Positions 20,324 to 31,156 are shown, counted from the stretch's first letter. The stretch is DNA of 64,000 nucleotides from Bacteroidota bacterium (GCA_947477885.1 CANJUD010000001.1:108632-172631), one strand, 5' to 3'. Notes: generated by a model from the sequence alone, not told the origin. Made by a program: numbers and translations.

Positions 20324-21211
20324 TTGAAACTAGCAGGGATAGATATTGGCTCAAATGCCGTGAGGCTCATCATTAATCGGGTAATGCAAAATGGTGGTAC
20401 GCAATTAAAACGTGCCGAGTTTATCCGTGTACCGCTCCGTTTGGGTGACGATGCATTCAGTCAGAAATATATTGGAGAAGCCAAGGAAGAGCAGTTGCTC
20501 AAAACCATACAATCATTTGCCTTATTAATGGAAGTGCATCATGTATCGCATTACCGAGCATGTGCCACATCGGCCATGCGTGATGCTGCCAATGGCCGTG
20601 AAGTCGCTCAGCGTATTGAAAGTGAAACAGGTATACATATAGAAATTATTGATGGATATTTAGAATCGAAATTAATATTAGAATCTGTGATGGATTTTTT
20701 TTCTAAGGAAGGCGATTTTTTAAATATAGATGTGGGTGGTGGAAGTACCGAGATAACTGTAATCCACGACCGCCAAGCAGTATATTCTCAATCGTTCAAT
20801 ATTGGAACGGTGCGTTTATTATATGGAAATGTGAGTGATGAAGAGTGGGACAAAATGCATAGCTGGGTAGTATCCAATTCTAAAAATTTGAAATCGCTAA
20901 TGGCGGTGGGCACAGGAGGCAATATCAATAAATCTTTACGCATGCTTGGTATGGGTGATCGTGATTCAGCCAGTTTTGAAAAATTGAAGTCTTTAAGCAA
21001 TTTGATTAAAGACACTACTATGAAGGAACGTATATATAAATTAAAGCTTAACCCCGACCGTGCCGATGTGATAGAACCAGCATTAAAAATATATCTTTCT
21101 ATTATGAAATGGGCCAGCATCAAAAAAATATATGCCCCCAACGTTGGGCTCAAAGACGGCATCATCAAAGAGTTGGTTGATGAGTTTGTGACAGATAAAG
21201 CGGTTTTATAA
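20324..21211 (+). CDS. ppx: Ppx/GppA family exopolyphosphatase (short form)
   Basis: IDIGSNAVRL, ATSAMRDA, DVGGGSTE, GTGGNI, RADVI, GLKDG. Confidence 0.9.
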   Translation: MKLAGIDIGSNAVRLIINRVMQNGGTQLKRAEFIRVPLRLGDDAFSQKYIGEAKEEQLLKTIQSFALLMEVHHVSHYRACATSAMRDAANGREVAQRIESETGIHIEIIDGYLESKLILESVMDFFSKEGDFLNIDVGGGSTEITVIHDRQAVYSQSFNIGTVRLLYGNVSDEEWDKMHSWVVSNSKNLKSLMAVGTGGNINKSLRMLGMGDRDSASFEKLKSLSNLIKDTTMKERIYKLKLNPDRADVIEPALKIYLSIMKWASIKKIYAPNVGLKDGIIKELVDEFVTDKAVL

Positions 21212-21292
21212 GCTACTATTTTCTTATTAGGTTTTCCAGCTGCGATTCGTAGCCGCTAGTTTGGCTATCTGTGATCAAGCTATAAATAATCT

Positions 21293-21320
21293 ATCTGTGC
21301 AAATCTGTGTTATCTGTGAG
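21293..21320. repeat. ATCTGTG-periodic short repeat arm
   Basis: atctgtg at 21293, 21303 and 21312. Confidence 0.5.
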
Positions 21321-21366
21321 CAACTTATATAGCAGATAACTGGTAAAATTCCCCGAATTTCGCAGC

Positions 21367-22272
21367 TTGGTTTTAAAAAGCACTTCTTTCAAAGTCCATA
21401 TTGCATTATTTGTAGTTGCACTCATCTATGCAGTTACATTTATTATAGCACGCAAAGTGATGAATGTATATATTCATCCTTTTGGATTTATTTTGATGCG
21501 TGTTTCCATATCAGCACTATTATATCTTTTAATTCACAGTTTATTTGTAAAAGAAAAAATTATAGACAAAAAAGACCATGTCAAATTTATTATATGCAGT
21601 GTGTTTGGTGTTGGTGCAAATATGCTATTGTTTTTCAAAGGTCTTGCAAACACAGTCCCTATCAATGGTGCAGTACTTATGACTTGCACACCCATCTTTG
21701 TAGTAATAGTAGCTGCAATATATGGAACAGAAAAACTAAGTTGGAGCAAATTTGTAGGTGTATTAATTGCTACAACTGGAGCAACACTTTTAATAGCAGG
21801 ACCTGATTTAAAATTCAGTAGCGAAACAGCAGTGGGCGATATTATGGTAACGATAAATGCTATTATATATTCTTTCTATTTGGTTTACTCGCGGCCATTA
21901 ATGTCCAAATATAATCCCATCACAGTTTCTAAATGGACATTTTTATATGGAAGTTTATTTGTCCTTCCTTTCGGATTTATGGAAATTTCAGAAGTGAAAT
22001 GGGGTGAAATCCCAGATCTAATTTGGTTTTATATCGCATTTATTATAATAGCTTCTTCCTTTGTCACGTATCTGCTAAATGCTTGGTCATTACGGCACGG
22101 AAGTTCCAGTTTGGTGGGAAGTTATATATATTTGCAACCCGTTTTAACTACTTTATTGGCAGAAATGGCTGGAGAAGATAAAATGACTTTAGAAAAAGCA
22201 GGCTATACATTACTTATTTTTGCAGGTGTGTTTTTGGTAAACTATAAACTATATAAAAAAACGACAGTATGA
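21367..22272 (+). CDS. DMT/EamA family transporter
   Basis: About ten TM helices in two EamA repeats; YIYLQPV motif. Confidence 0.9.
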   Translation: MVLKSTSFKVHIALFVVALIYAVTFIIARKVMNVYIHPFGFILMRVSISALLYLLIHSLFVKEKIIDKKDHVKFIICSVFGVGANMLLFFKGLANTVPINGAVLMTCTPIFVVIVAAIYGTEKLSWSKFVGVLIATTGATLLIAGPDLKFSSETAVGDIMVTINAIIYSFYLVYSRPLMSKYNPITVSKWTFLYGSLFVLPFGFMEISEVKWGEIPDLIWFYIAFIIIASSFVTYLLNAWSLRHGSSSLVGSYIYLQPVLTTLLAEMAGEDKMTLEKAGYTLLIFAGVFLVNYKLYKKTTV

Positions 22273-23141
22273 TAAAATCCATGACCGGATACGGTCTTGC
22301 CCGATTAGAAAATGATAAACTGCACGCCAAGGTAGAAATTAAAACCCTCAATGGCAAGTTTGCAGATTTCAATCTCCGAATTCCCCGTTTGCTTTCTTCC
22401 AAAGAATTGCAAATACGAAATATGCTGAACCAGCATATTGTAAGAGGAACAATACAATGTAATATCACTTGGCAATATAAAGCAGAAGCATCTGTGGCTA
22501 ATTCTATTAATGGTTCTGTATTGGCAAATTATATAAAAGAAATAAGAGAGGCTACAAAGAATATGAATTTTGAAGCCAAAGGTATATATAATCAAGTCCT
22601 TACATTGCCCGAAGTCCTCGTTCCCAATGACCGCGAACTTGCAGAAGCCGATTGGACACTCACAGAGAAATTGATTATGGAAGCTTGTGAAAGTTTAAAT
22701 ATATTTAGAACCGATGAAGGCAAAACTATTGAAACACATTTGATAGCATGTATCAATAATTTGCAACAAAACCTAGATAAAGTTGCTACTTATGAACCAG
22801 CAAGATTAGCAGCAGTTAGAGAAAAAATACAAACCTCGCTTAACAAATATATACTACCTGAAAATATAGACAACAATAGACTAGAACAGGAAATTATATA
22901 TTATATAGAAAAACTGGATATTGCTGAAGAAAAAACAAGATTACAACAGCATTTAACTTATTTTCTGCAAAATCTCAATGATGCAGAATCAGGCAAGAAG
23001 CTTGGTTTTATTGCACAGGAGATGCTCCGCGAAATAAATACCATGGGCAGCAAAGCCAATCATTTCGAAATACAACAACTGGTTGTGGGAATGAAAGATG
23101 AGTTGGAAAAAGTGAAGGAACAGATATTGAATGTATTATAA
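22269..23141 (+). CDS. yicC: YicC/YloC family endoribonuclease
   Basis: MIKSMTGYG, EIKTLNGK, KLDIAEEKTRL, GKKLGFIAQEMLREINTMGSKAN, EQILNVL. Confidence 0.93.
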   Translation: MIKSMTGYGLARLENDKLHAKVEIKTLNGKFADFNLRIPRLLSSKELQIRNMLNQHIVRGTIQCNITWQYKAEASVANSINGSVLANYIKEIREATKNMNFEAKGIYNQVLTLPEVLVPNDRELAEADWTLTEKLIMEACESLNIFRTDEGKTIETHLIACINNLQQNLDKVATYEPARLAAVREKIQTSLNKYILPENIDNNRLEQEIIYYIEKLDIAEEKTRLQQHLTYFLQNLNDAESGKKLGFIAQEMLREINTMGSKANHFEIQQLVVGMKDELEKVKEQILNVL

Positions 23142-23146
23142 TACTT

Positions 23147-23221
23147 TGTCACCCTGAGTTTATCGAAGGGCGACATGGAAGAGCACTATTTTTGCCTGTC
23201 TTCGATAAGACTCAGACTGAA
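23147..23221. repeat. TGTCA...TGA(CA) palindromic element T1
   Basis: tgtcaccctgagtttatcgaagggcgaca ... tgtcttcgataagactcagactga; near-identical arms at 58387-58492. Confidence 0.85.
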
Positions 23222-23227
23222 AAAAAA

Positions 23228-25405
23228 TTACTCCAAATTCAATTCTACCGCCCCATTCCTACAATCCGTAAAATTACTTTTATATACCAAGGCTTCCTTT
23301 TTCCATTGCTCAATATAATAGTTTGAGTTGCTCAAATCTGCTATATAATGTCGTGCCTTTACCTTGCCTGCCAAGTCTTCCCAGTGTTTCATAGGTTTGT
23401 GGCTGATGATGGCATAATCCACGGAATCTGGAAATTCATTGGTGGGCATTTGGTTGATGAGCAATATCTTTTTACCATTGAACATATATAGATTCTTATA
23501 ATTTTGCAATTGCCCATTCATATGATTTGTTGTATCATATAAACTATATATATTCTTCTCTTTTGTACCCATATCAATCCAATGTTTTTGAAATTTGAAT
23601 TTGAGCGTAGAAGTATTATATAATATAGTTGTATCACCCACTGAGGTTAATTTATCTGAATCGAAGAAACCCAATACAGTTTTGCCCTGTATGGCATATA
23701 CAAATACTTTTTTCTGCTTTTCCCAATGATAATTTTCTGTCATTTTTGAAGCAAGAAAAATTAAAACAAACAATGAGGCAGCATAAAAATTATAGCTATT
23801 TTTATGAGTGAGAAATTGCGTGATGAAAAAGAAAATAGTTAATAATAAAATCGTTTGCCAAAAACCAATACTTAATCCCTCAAAAGTTGAATATGGAATC
23901 TGTCCTATAAATTTAACGGTATCGTCTGTCCATTTTATTAAATAGTCCAAAGCCAAACCCATGGCCGCTGCAAGTGCAGGAACGAAAGAAAATGAAACCA
24001 ACAAAAGTCCGATATAAGTTATAATAGTGGATAGTGGAATGATGAGTAAATTCGATATCAAAAAATAATTGGGGAACTGCCCAAAATAATAGAAGCCCAG
24101 GGGCGACGTGGCCAATTGTGCCGCAATTGAAACCGCTGTTATATTCCACACTTGACTCATAACCCACGAATTAAAACTAAACCAACTATGTATGCGCGGT
24201 TGCATAAAAACAATCCCTAAAACTGCCAAATACGAAAGCTGAAAACCAACGTCGTATATGGAGTATGGATTAATCAACAATAATATAAAAGCGGATGCAG
24301 CAATAGAATTATATATATTCGTATTGCGATGAAAAGTCTCGGCTATTATTATAATAGTAAACATCAAAGCGGCTCTGTTTACTGAAGGCGATAAACCTGT
24401 AATGAGAGCATAAAACCAAAGCGTCGCTATTATAATACAAAACCTCAAAATTCGAAGAGATTTTTTGCGTGTTAAAAAGCCTAATAAAGCTTTTAGTACA
24501 AAGTATAATATTCCCACATGCAAGCCCGAAACTGCTAGCACATGCAATGTTCCCGTATCTGCATAAGCCTCCACCAAGTCCTGCGATAAATCTTCTCGGT
24601 ATCCAAATATCAATGCAGCAGCCACACCTTTTTGTTCATCACCAGGTATATATTTTTTGTACACCCCAACTATATAGCTTTTAATATAATAAAATATATT
24701 GTCAAGCACATGTGAAGAATCTTTTCCTACTTCAGCCCATTCCCCATCTCGTGCAAAAACCTGATAGCTGTAGCCATTAACTCGCATATATCGATTATAG
24801 TCAAACTCGCCCGGGTTTATTGGTTTGGGAATTTCTATTGGTTTGCTTTTTATCAATAATATGGTTCCATGTTCCAATTGCATGGCATCGCTATCTTTGG
24901 GTAAGTATAATAATATATTACCACTTGCATTTATATAATTACTATCTTGTATAATACTTAAAACCTTTGCTCTTGCCCGAACCGATTTTTCACGCGGAAT
25001 TGCATTTTCTGTTAGTTCAACTTTAATAAGCTGTTCTTCTTTTTGTAGTTTGGTAAAATGGTTGGTTTTATAATTATCAGCTTGGGTAATGGGCAGTAAC
25101 AACCCCAATACTATAAATGCTGAATTTACACAAATTGTATATAATACTTTAAGTTTTCTGGTATATTTATTTTGAAAGAAAGCTAATATAGATAATATAC
25201 AAACCAGTGATACAAATACCCATTGTAAAACGTTGAAAGTATCAGTGAAATAAGATGATAGAGCAATTCCCAATATCAAAGGCAGCACCATCCGCACAAA
25301 AGGAACTTGATGCCAAGGGTTCACATGTTGCGTTTGTATAATATGTTCTTTATTATACTGGCGTACCCTGAAAAATTCTTGTATAAAGTTTATAAGCCAC
25401 TTCAT
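23228..25405 (-). CDS. comEC: ComEC/Rec2 family competence protein
   Basis: PGEFDY, GTLHVLAVSGLHVG, SVNRAALM, GFQLSYLA, QLATSPL; TACTTTTG promoter at 25414-25421. Confidence 0.9.
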   Translation of the reverse strand: MKWLINFIQEFFRVRQYNKEHIIQTQHVNPWHQVPFVRMVLPLILGIALSSYFTDTFNVLQWVFVSLVCILSILAFFQNKYTRKLKVLYTICVNSAFIVLGLLLPITQADNYKTNHFTKLQKEEQLIKVELTENAIPREKSVRARAKVLSIIQDSNYINASGNILLYLPKDSDAMQLEHGTILLIKSKPIEIPKPINPGEFDYNRYMRVNGYSYQVFARDGEWAEVGKDSSHVLDNIFYYIKSYIVGVYKKYIPGDEQKGVAAALIFGYREDLSQDLVEAYADTGTLHVLAVSGLHVGILYFVLKALLGFLTRKKSLRILRFCIIIATLWFYALITGLSPSVNRAALMFTIIIIAETFHRNTNIYNSIAASAFILLLINPYSIYDVGFQLSYLAVLGIVFMQPRIHSWFSFNSWVMSQVWNITAVSIAAQLATSPLGFYYFGQFPNYFLISNLLIIPLSTIITYIGLLLVSFSFVPALAAAMGLALDYLIKWTDDTVKFIGQIPYSTFEGLSIGFWQTILLLTIFFFITQFLTHKNSYNFYAASLFVLIFLASKMTENYHWEKQKKVFVYAIQGKTVLGFFDSDKLTSVGDTTILYNTSTLKFKFQKHWIDMGTKEKNIYSLYDTTNHMNGQLQNYKNLYMFNGKKILLINQMPTNEFPDSVDYAIISHKPMKHWEDLAGKVKARHYIADLSNSNYYIEQWKKEALVYKSNFTDCRNGAVELNLE

Positions 25406-25447
25406 TTAGAGGCCAAAAGTAAATCAGAAAAATGAAAAACTATAATC

Positions 25448-26836
25448 TTACAAATGTATACATTCACCATAAGCATCGGCTGTAGCTTCCATAATGGCTT
25501 CGCTCATGGTGGGATGGGGATGTATTGATTTCAAAATTTCATGGCCCGTGGTCTCTAAACGGCGAGCAACTACAGCTTCAGCTATCATTTCTGTTACGTT
25601 TGCTCCTACCATGTGGCAGCCTAACCACTCACCATATTTTGCATCAAATATCACTTTTACCATGCCGTCTTTAGCTCCCGATGCACTTGCTTTTCCGCTT
25701 GCACTAAAGGGGAAACGACCTACTTTAATATCATAACCCAATTCGCGGGCTTTCTTTTCAGTGAGACCAACACTGGCAACCTCGGGCCAGCAATAGGTGC
25801 AACCAGGAATATTATCATAGTTGAGAGGTTCTGGATGATGCCCTGCAATTTTTTCTACACATATAATACCTTCTGCACTTGCTACGTGGGCAAGGGCAGG
25901 GCCTTTTACGATATCGCCAATAGCATAGATTCCGTCCACATTGGTTTTATAAAAATCATCCACAACTACTTTTCCTTTGTCAGTAACAATTTTTAATTCT
26001 TCAATTCCTAAATTTTCTAGGTTAGTTTGGATTCCAACAGCAGAAAGGACAATATCGCAATCAATAATTTCTTCGCCGGTTTTCGTTTTTATTTTTACTT
26101 TGCAACCTTCACCGCTGGTATCCACTGATAGCACCTCCGCATCGGTCATAATGCTAATTCCTGATTTTTTATAGGTACGTGCCAAGGCTTTCGAAATTTC
26201 TTCATCTTCCAAGGGAAGTATTTGAGGTAAATACTCTACAATTGTTACCTTGGTTCCTATGCTATTATAAAAATAAGCAAACTCGGCTCCGATAGCACCT
26301 GATCCAACTACCACCATACTTTTTGGCTGGGTAGGTAATACCATGGCATCCATATAACCCACTATTTTTTTGCCATCCATTTTTATATTCGGCAATTCAC
26401 GACTGCGAGCACCGGTAGCGAGTATAATACTCTTAGCTTCATGCGTGGTTTTTTTACCATCGGCTGCTGTCACTTCCAGTTTGCCTTTGCCAACTAGTTT
26501 CCCAAAACCTACAATTACTTCTATCTTATTTTTCTTCATCAAAAACGAAATGCCTTTGCTCATTCCGTTTGCCACATCTCTGCTGCGTTTTACAATACTC
26601 GCAAATTCGGGTTTCGATTCACCTACCGTGATGCCATAATCAGCGGCATGTTTTATATACTCAAATACTTGAGCCGATTTTAGTAATGCTTTTGTGGGAA
26701 TACAACCCCAATTGAGGCAAACACCGCCCAATTCAGATTTTTCGACAATGGCTACTTTCAATCCTAATTGACTTGCCCTGATTGCAGCTACATAACCACC
26801 TGGTCCACTGCCTAATACTATTAAATCAAAACTCAT
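25448..26836 (-). CDS. lpdA: Dihydrolipoyl dehydrogenase (E3)
   Basis: GSGPGGYVAA, GGVCLNWGCIPTK, GSGAIGAEF, YAIGD, HPHPTMSE. Confidence 0.97.
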   Translation of the reverse strand: MSFDLIVLGSGPGGYVAAIRASQLGLKVAIVEKSELGGVCLNWGCIPTKALLKSAQVFEYIKHAADYGITVGESKPEFASIVKRSRDVANGMSKGISFLMKKNKIEVIVGFGKLVGKGKLEVTAADGKKTTHEAKSIILATGARSRELPNIKMDGKKIVGYMDAMVLPTQPKSMVVVGSGAIGAEFAYFYNSIGTKVTIVEYLPQILPLEDEEISKALARTYKKSGISIMTDAEVLSVDTSGEGCKVKIKTKTGEEIIDCDIVLSAVGIQTNLENLGIEELKIVTDKGKVVVDDFYKTNVDGIYAIGDIVKGPALAHVASAEGIICVEKIAGHHPEPLNYDNIPGCTYCWPEVASVGLTEKKARELGYDIKVGRFPFSASGKASASGAKDGMVKVIFDAKYGEWLGCHMVGANVTEMIAEAVVARRLETTGHEILKSIHPHPTMSEAIMEATADAYGECIHL

Positions 26837-26982
26837 ATGTTGTTGTATTTTTAATTATTTCGCACTGCAAATTAAACTTAAATTATGCAGAAGAAAATAA
26901 AATACCTCTCGACTTTAAAAAAAAATTCTGATGCGTAGCGCTGCGCATCTCGATGGAAGTGCGTTTACTTTGATAATAAGGC

Positions 26983-27060
26983 CGTCATGCTGTCCCGACC
27001 TATCGGGATGTTTCAGCATCTAAAAACCTTTAAAGATGCTGAGACAAATGCAGCATCGCG
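26983..27060. repeat. CGTCATGCTG-type palindromic element with nested mini-hairpin
   Basis: cgtcatgctg[tcccgacctatcggga]tgtttcagcatct ... agatgctgagacaaatgcagcatcgcg; separate hairpin gatgcgtagcgctgcgcatc at 26930-26949. Confidence 0.7.
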
Positions 27061-27070
27061 TGATAAAAAA

Positions 27071-27733
27071 TTACTCAGAAACCTTGCTCTTTTTTTTCTC
27101 CTTAATATAAGTTCTGATTAAAGTTCCCGTGGCTACTACAATCATAACCAAGGTAATGAGCCCAATATGCTCGCCCACCCATGGGAATTTTTTGGCGAGC
27201 CAATAGCCACTGCCCACCATAGCAATAGTCCATAATAAACTACCCACCACATTATATAATAAAAACTTGCGTGAATCTATTTTTGCAACACCTGCTACAA
27301 TAGGTGCAAACGTGCGTATAATGGGTAAAAAGCGGCCTAGTATTAAAGCCATCCCGCCATATTTATCATAGAAATTTTTGGAGAGGGCAACGTAGCTTTT
27401 TTTGAAAATCAGGGAATTTTCTCTCACAAATAACTTCTCACCAACACGCTTTCCAAAAGCATAACCAACTGTATTGCCCAGTATGGCTGCGGCATTAATG
27501 GAAAGCAAAACGGTCCAAAAACTATAATCTAATTTGCCATTGGCACAAAGCAATCCCGCTGCAAATAATAATGCATCGCCAGGCAAAAAGAAACCGATAA
27601 GCAGACCCGTTTCGGCAAATACTATCAAAAGCAATAGCCAAAAACCGCCATAGGTAATCAACTCTTTCGGGTCAAATACATTGGGTACTTCTTGAGCTAT
27701 CTGTAATAATTGCATACGAAAGTTTGTAGCCAC
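27071..27733 (-). CDS. dedA: DedA/VTT family membrane protein
   Basis: FAETGLLIGFFLPGDALLF, GRFLPIIRTFAPIVAG. Confidence 0.93.
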   Translation of the reverse strand: MATNFRMQLLQIAQEVPNVFDPKELITYGGFWLLLLIVFAETGLLIGFFLPGDALLFAAGLLCANGKLDYSFWTVLLSINAAAILGNTVGYAFGKRVGEKLFVRENSLIFKKSYVALSKNFYDKYGGMALILGRFLPIIRTFAPIVAGVAKIDSRKFLLYNVVGSLLWTIAMVGSGYWLAKKFPWVGEHIGLITLVMIVVATGTLIRTYIKEKKKSKVSE

Positions 27734-27808
27734 AATTTTAGGTAAAGCCCGTCAATAAAACACGTGAAATATTTGAACCGTTGATAATGAATTACGAATT
27801 ACGAAGAG

Positions 27809-27942
27809 GTATCAAGTATCAAGTCGCTAGTATCAGTTATTTGCTACCTTTAATAGGTATCTGCATATGAAAAAAATAACTGAAAAGTAAAAGTCCGGAA
27901 GCTGTGACAAATACTTGATACTTGATACTAGCTACTTGATAC
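27809..27942. repeat. 7-mer inverted-repeat element H3 (GTATCAA family)
   Basis: gtatcaa gtatcaa gtcgcta gtatcag ttatttg ... caaatac ttgatac ttgatac tagctac ttgatac; preceded by a gaattac gaattac arm near 27789-27805. Confidence 0.85.
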
Positions 27943-27956
27943 AAAAAATCGTGTTT

Positions 27957-28409
27957 CTAATCCCTGTTTTTACTATCTATTATAATTGTAACTGGCCCAT
28001 CATTGATTAAATGCACTTGCATATCAGCACCAAATTGCCCTGTGGCTATGGGTTTGCCCAAATCTGTTACGATTAGTTCTATCAGTTTTTCATATAAAGG
28101 TATGGCCGCATCTGGTCGTGCAGCATCTATAAAACTTGGCCTATTGCCTTTTTGGGTTGATGCATAAAGTGTGAATTGACTCACCAACAAAAGCTCTGCA
28201 TTAATATCTTTAATGCTCAAATTCATGAGCCCTGCATCATCTGAGAAAATACGCAGATTGCATAGTTTATTGGTTAGCCTCTGAGCATCTCCTATATCAT
28301 CGTTGGTACAAATACCTACAAGCACCATCAGCCCTTTGCTAATTTGGGCTGCTGTATTTCCTTCAATAGAAACTTGTGCTTCTGAAACTCTTTGTATTAC
28401 TAAACGCAA
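27957..28409 (-). CDS. dtd: D-aminoacyl-tRNA deacylase
   Basis: MRLVIQRV, LLVSQFTLY, GNRPSF, GQFGADMQV, NDGPVT. Confidence 0.97.
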   Translation of the reverse strand: MRLVIQRVSEAQVSIEGNTAAQISKGLMVLVGICTNDDIGDAQRLTNKLCNLRIFSDDAGLMNLSIKDINAELLLVSQFTLYASTQKGNRPSFIDAARPDAAIPLYEKLIELIVTDLGKPIATGQFGADMQVHLINDGPVTIIIDSKNRD

Positions 28410-28419
28410 TTTGTGTGAT

Positions 28420-29370
28420 TTATTTTTTTAGCTCGTGATCTATATAATATATGAAAAATATCTTTTCATATTCAAGCATATTTTTCATGGCTCTATTCCA
28501 ATCCAACCAGCCAAGCCCAACTTGTGTTTTGCCACAACATATAGTGGGCAAAAATGAGTATATAGTAGGGTTTTTGTTTGCAATAAATTTATGAAAATAA
28601 AATATCATATATATATCCCCATCACTGCAAGCTTTATGTGTATCATAAAACCACATACAAAAACTACTATCATAACGAAGATTAACAATTTCAGCGGTAT
28701 TTCCAATCTCTAATAGTGAATCAGAAAAAACATCAATTTGGTCATTGAATATATAGTTCCTAAATTTGATATTGGTCGACATTGTAAGGTTATACGAAAA
28801 GTCCCCAAAATCTTTAGAATTTAGTGTCATGGGTGAAGCCTTGATGTCTTTGTCAACGATAATATGGTAATTAATACAAGTTGAGATAATTATTTTTTCT
28901 TCTTCATTCAGCATCGGAAGAAAAAGGTTGGCGGGCACTTCAATTAAATCAACCACCGAGTCATTCTCCAAATCGGGGTTATTGAAACGGTACATGATTT
29001 TTATTCGTGTAATTTGGGTTAATGCTTCACTAATATTCGGGTCCCAAAAATTAAACTTAATACCAACAATATCATTCCTAGTAAAAGGGAAATCCACGTT
29101 TTTCTTATATTGCTTTAGTAAAAACCGGCCCACATAAACTCCTTCAATACCACCCACTTTTTCACTTTCATAAGTATTAAACTGATCGGAGAAACATTTA
29201 AAAGTAGGAGAGTTTAGTGAGTCGAAAAGTTTGTCAATATATTTATTATAAACATTTTGAGTATAGGCCCCCATGTCTTTTGCAGATAAAATTTTATGCT
29301 GCCCACACACATGGGTACAAAAAACTATATAAATTGTACTAAAAAGTAAATACTTTCGCATCTTATTCAA
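28420..29370 (-). CDS. Secreted hypothetical protein with two apparent internal repeats
   Basis: Signal peptide; 316-aa ORF; no confident family assignment. Confidence 0.6.
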   Translation of the reverse strand: MNKMRKYLLFSTIYIVFCTHVCGQHKILSAKDMGAYTQNVYNKYIDKLFDSLNSPTFKCFSDQFNTYESEKVGGIEGVYVGRFLLKQYKKNVDFPFTRNDIVGIKFNFWDPNISEALTQITRIKIMYRFNNPDLENDSVVDLIEVPANLFLPMLNEEEKIIISTCINYHIIVDKDIKASPMTLNSKDFGDFSYNLTMSTNIKFRNYIFNDQIDVFSDSLLEIGNTAEIVNLRYDSSFCMWFYDTHKACSDGDIYMIFYFHKFIANKNPTIYSFLPTICCGKTQVGLGWLDWNRAMKNMLEYEKIFFIYYIDHELKK

Positions 29371-29397
29371 AAATTAACGCAAACATACATCAAAAAG

Positions 29398-30174
29398 TTG
29401 CATACCAATCACCCACCCATAAGTGCTGTAATTATAGCCAACAATGCGTCTCGATCGATAGGAGAAGTTGTCACTGCCATGAAGTGGTGCGATGAAGTGC
29501 TGGTAGTGGACTCAGGGTCAACAGATAATACAGTTGAACTATGCAAAACACTTGGTTGTACTATTATATACCATAAGTTTGAAAGCTATGGACAGCAAAA
29601 ATACTTTGCTGTATCGCAAGCAAAAAATGATTGGGTATGGGTAATTGATAGTGATGAAATCGCTACGACAGAAATTATAGAAGAGGCAAAAGAAAAAATA
29701 AGTTCAGGTAAATATGTAGGTTTGATGGTGCCAATTTCATTGGTTTTTGTTGGCAAATTATTGCGGTTTGGCAATGAGTTTAAAAAACCACATCTGCGTT
29801 TGTTCAATAGAAAATATGGGAACTATAATGATAGTTTGGTGCATGAAGATGTGATATTAGAAGGCAAAATTGGCAAACTTCACAATCATGTTTTGCATTA
29901 TAGTTATTATAATATTGATGACTATTTTAAAAAATTCAATAGTTACACAACCCATGCTGCACAGCAGATGCAAAGCCAAAATAAAAATGTAAATATATTA
30001 TCCGCTATTATAAAACTACCTTTTCAGTTTATTATATTATATATATTTAGAGGTTTAATTTTGGATGGAATTCAAGGTTTACTTTGGGCAACATTTTCTA
30101 GCTGGTACTCATTTGTAAAATATATAAAACTATGGGAAATGAATCATATGAAAAATAAGAAAACTACACAATGA
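29398..30174 (+). CDS. GT2 glycosyltransferase (WaaE/KdtX-like LPS core)
   Basis: EVLVVDSGSTDNT, WVWVIDSDE, HLRLFNR, VHED, HYSY. Confidence 0.88.
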   Translation: MHTNHPPISAVIIANNASRSIGEVVTAMKWCDEVLVVDSGSTDNTVELCKTLGCTIIYHKFESYGQQKYFAVSQAKNDWVWVIDSDEIATTEIIEEAKEKISSGKYVGLMVPISLVFVGKLLRFGNEFKKPHLRLFNRKYGNYNDSLVHEDVILEGKIGKLHNHVLHYSYYNIDDYFKKFNSYTTHAAQQMQSQNKNVNILSAIIKLPFQFIILYIFRGLILDGIQGLLWATFSSWYSFVKYIKLWEMNHMKNKKTTQ

Positions 30175-30578
30175 GAGTAATGGCTTTCGATATCGGACTA
30201 AAAAGAATTGGCGTAGCAGTTACCGATCCGCTACAAATTATCGCAACTTCTGTAGGAACTTATTCTCCCAATGATATCGCAAACTATTTGAATGAATATA
30301 TAAAAACCGAACCGCTGGAACTTTTTGTATTGGGTAAACCGCTGCAAATGGATGGAAGCAATTCTGAATCCTATCATTTGGTAGAGCAGTTTTCGGCATG
30401 GCTGCAAACTACTTTTCCTGATATCCCACAGAAATGGATTGATGAAAGACTCACTTCCAAAATGGCGTCACAAGCTTTGTTCGATAGCGGACTGAAAAAA
30501 AAACAGCGTCAAGATAAAAAGTTGTTGGACGCAGTATCGGCTACCTTAATTTTGCAAACTTATTTACAATCCAAATAA
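30171..30578 (+). CDS. ruvX: YqgF/RuvX family RNase H-fold nuclease
   Basis: AFDIGLKRIGVAVTD, DERLTSKMA, DAVSATLILQ. Confidence 0.95.
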   Translation: MRVMAFDIGLKRIGVAVTDPLQIIATSVGTYSPNDIANYLNEYIKTEPLELFVLGKPLQMDGSNSESYHLVEQFSAWLQTTFPDIPQKWIDERLTSKMASQALFDSGLKKKQRQDKKLLDAVSATLILQTYLQSK

Positions 30579-31144
30579 TGATTCTTCCAATATATGCATA
30601 CGGTGAACCTACGCTTCGTAGTGAAACAATTGAAATACAACGCTCATTCCCACACCTCGAAGAGATAATAAAAAATATGTGGGATACCATGTATCATACC
30701 AATGGTGTTGGATTAGCAGCCCCGCAAGTAGGCCTTTCCATCCGCCTGTTCGTGGTCGATTCAACAGAGATGTATAAAGATGAAGAAGATGAAAACCCCG
30801 GCACCGGCATCAAAAAAGTTTTTATTAACCCTTCAATAATCAGTGAGTCCGGCCATGAATGGGAATATGAGGAGGGATGTCTCAGTATTCCGGGTATTAG
30901 AGAATTTGTAACGCGCAAATCAGATATCAAAATCAGATATTATGATGAAAATTTTCAAACCCAGACTGATGAGTACGATGGGCTAACTGCACGTGTTATC
31001 CAACATGAATTCGACCACATAGAAGCTATATTATTTGTAGATAAAATATCATCACTAAAACGCCAATTGAATCGCAACAAATTGCTACAAATTAGCCGCG
31101 GTTTTGTGGATGTGAAATACCGAATGAAATTCACGAGACGATAA
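30578..31144 (+). CDS. def: Peptide deformylase
   Basis: GVGLAAPQVG, EGCLSIP, QHEFDH. Confidence 0.97.
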   Translation: MILPIYAYGEPTLRSETIEIQRSFPHLEEIIKNMWDTMYHTNGVGLAAPQVGLSIRLFVVDSTEMYKDEEDENPGTGIKKVFINPSIISESGHEWEYEEGCLSIPGIREFVTRKSDIKIRYYDENFQTQTDEYDGLTARVIQHEFDHIEAILFVDKISSLKRQLNRNKLLQISRGFVDVKYRMKFTRR

Positions 31145-31156
31145 CATTACAAAATT

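Noticed and set aside
26930-26949. GC hairpin upstream of lpdA as a riboswitch or tRNA fragment
   Set aside because: No cloverleaf or known aptamer motifs; most simply another short palindrome
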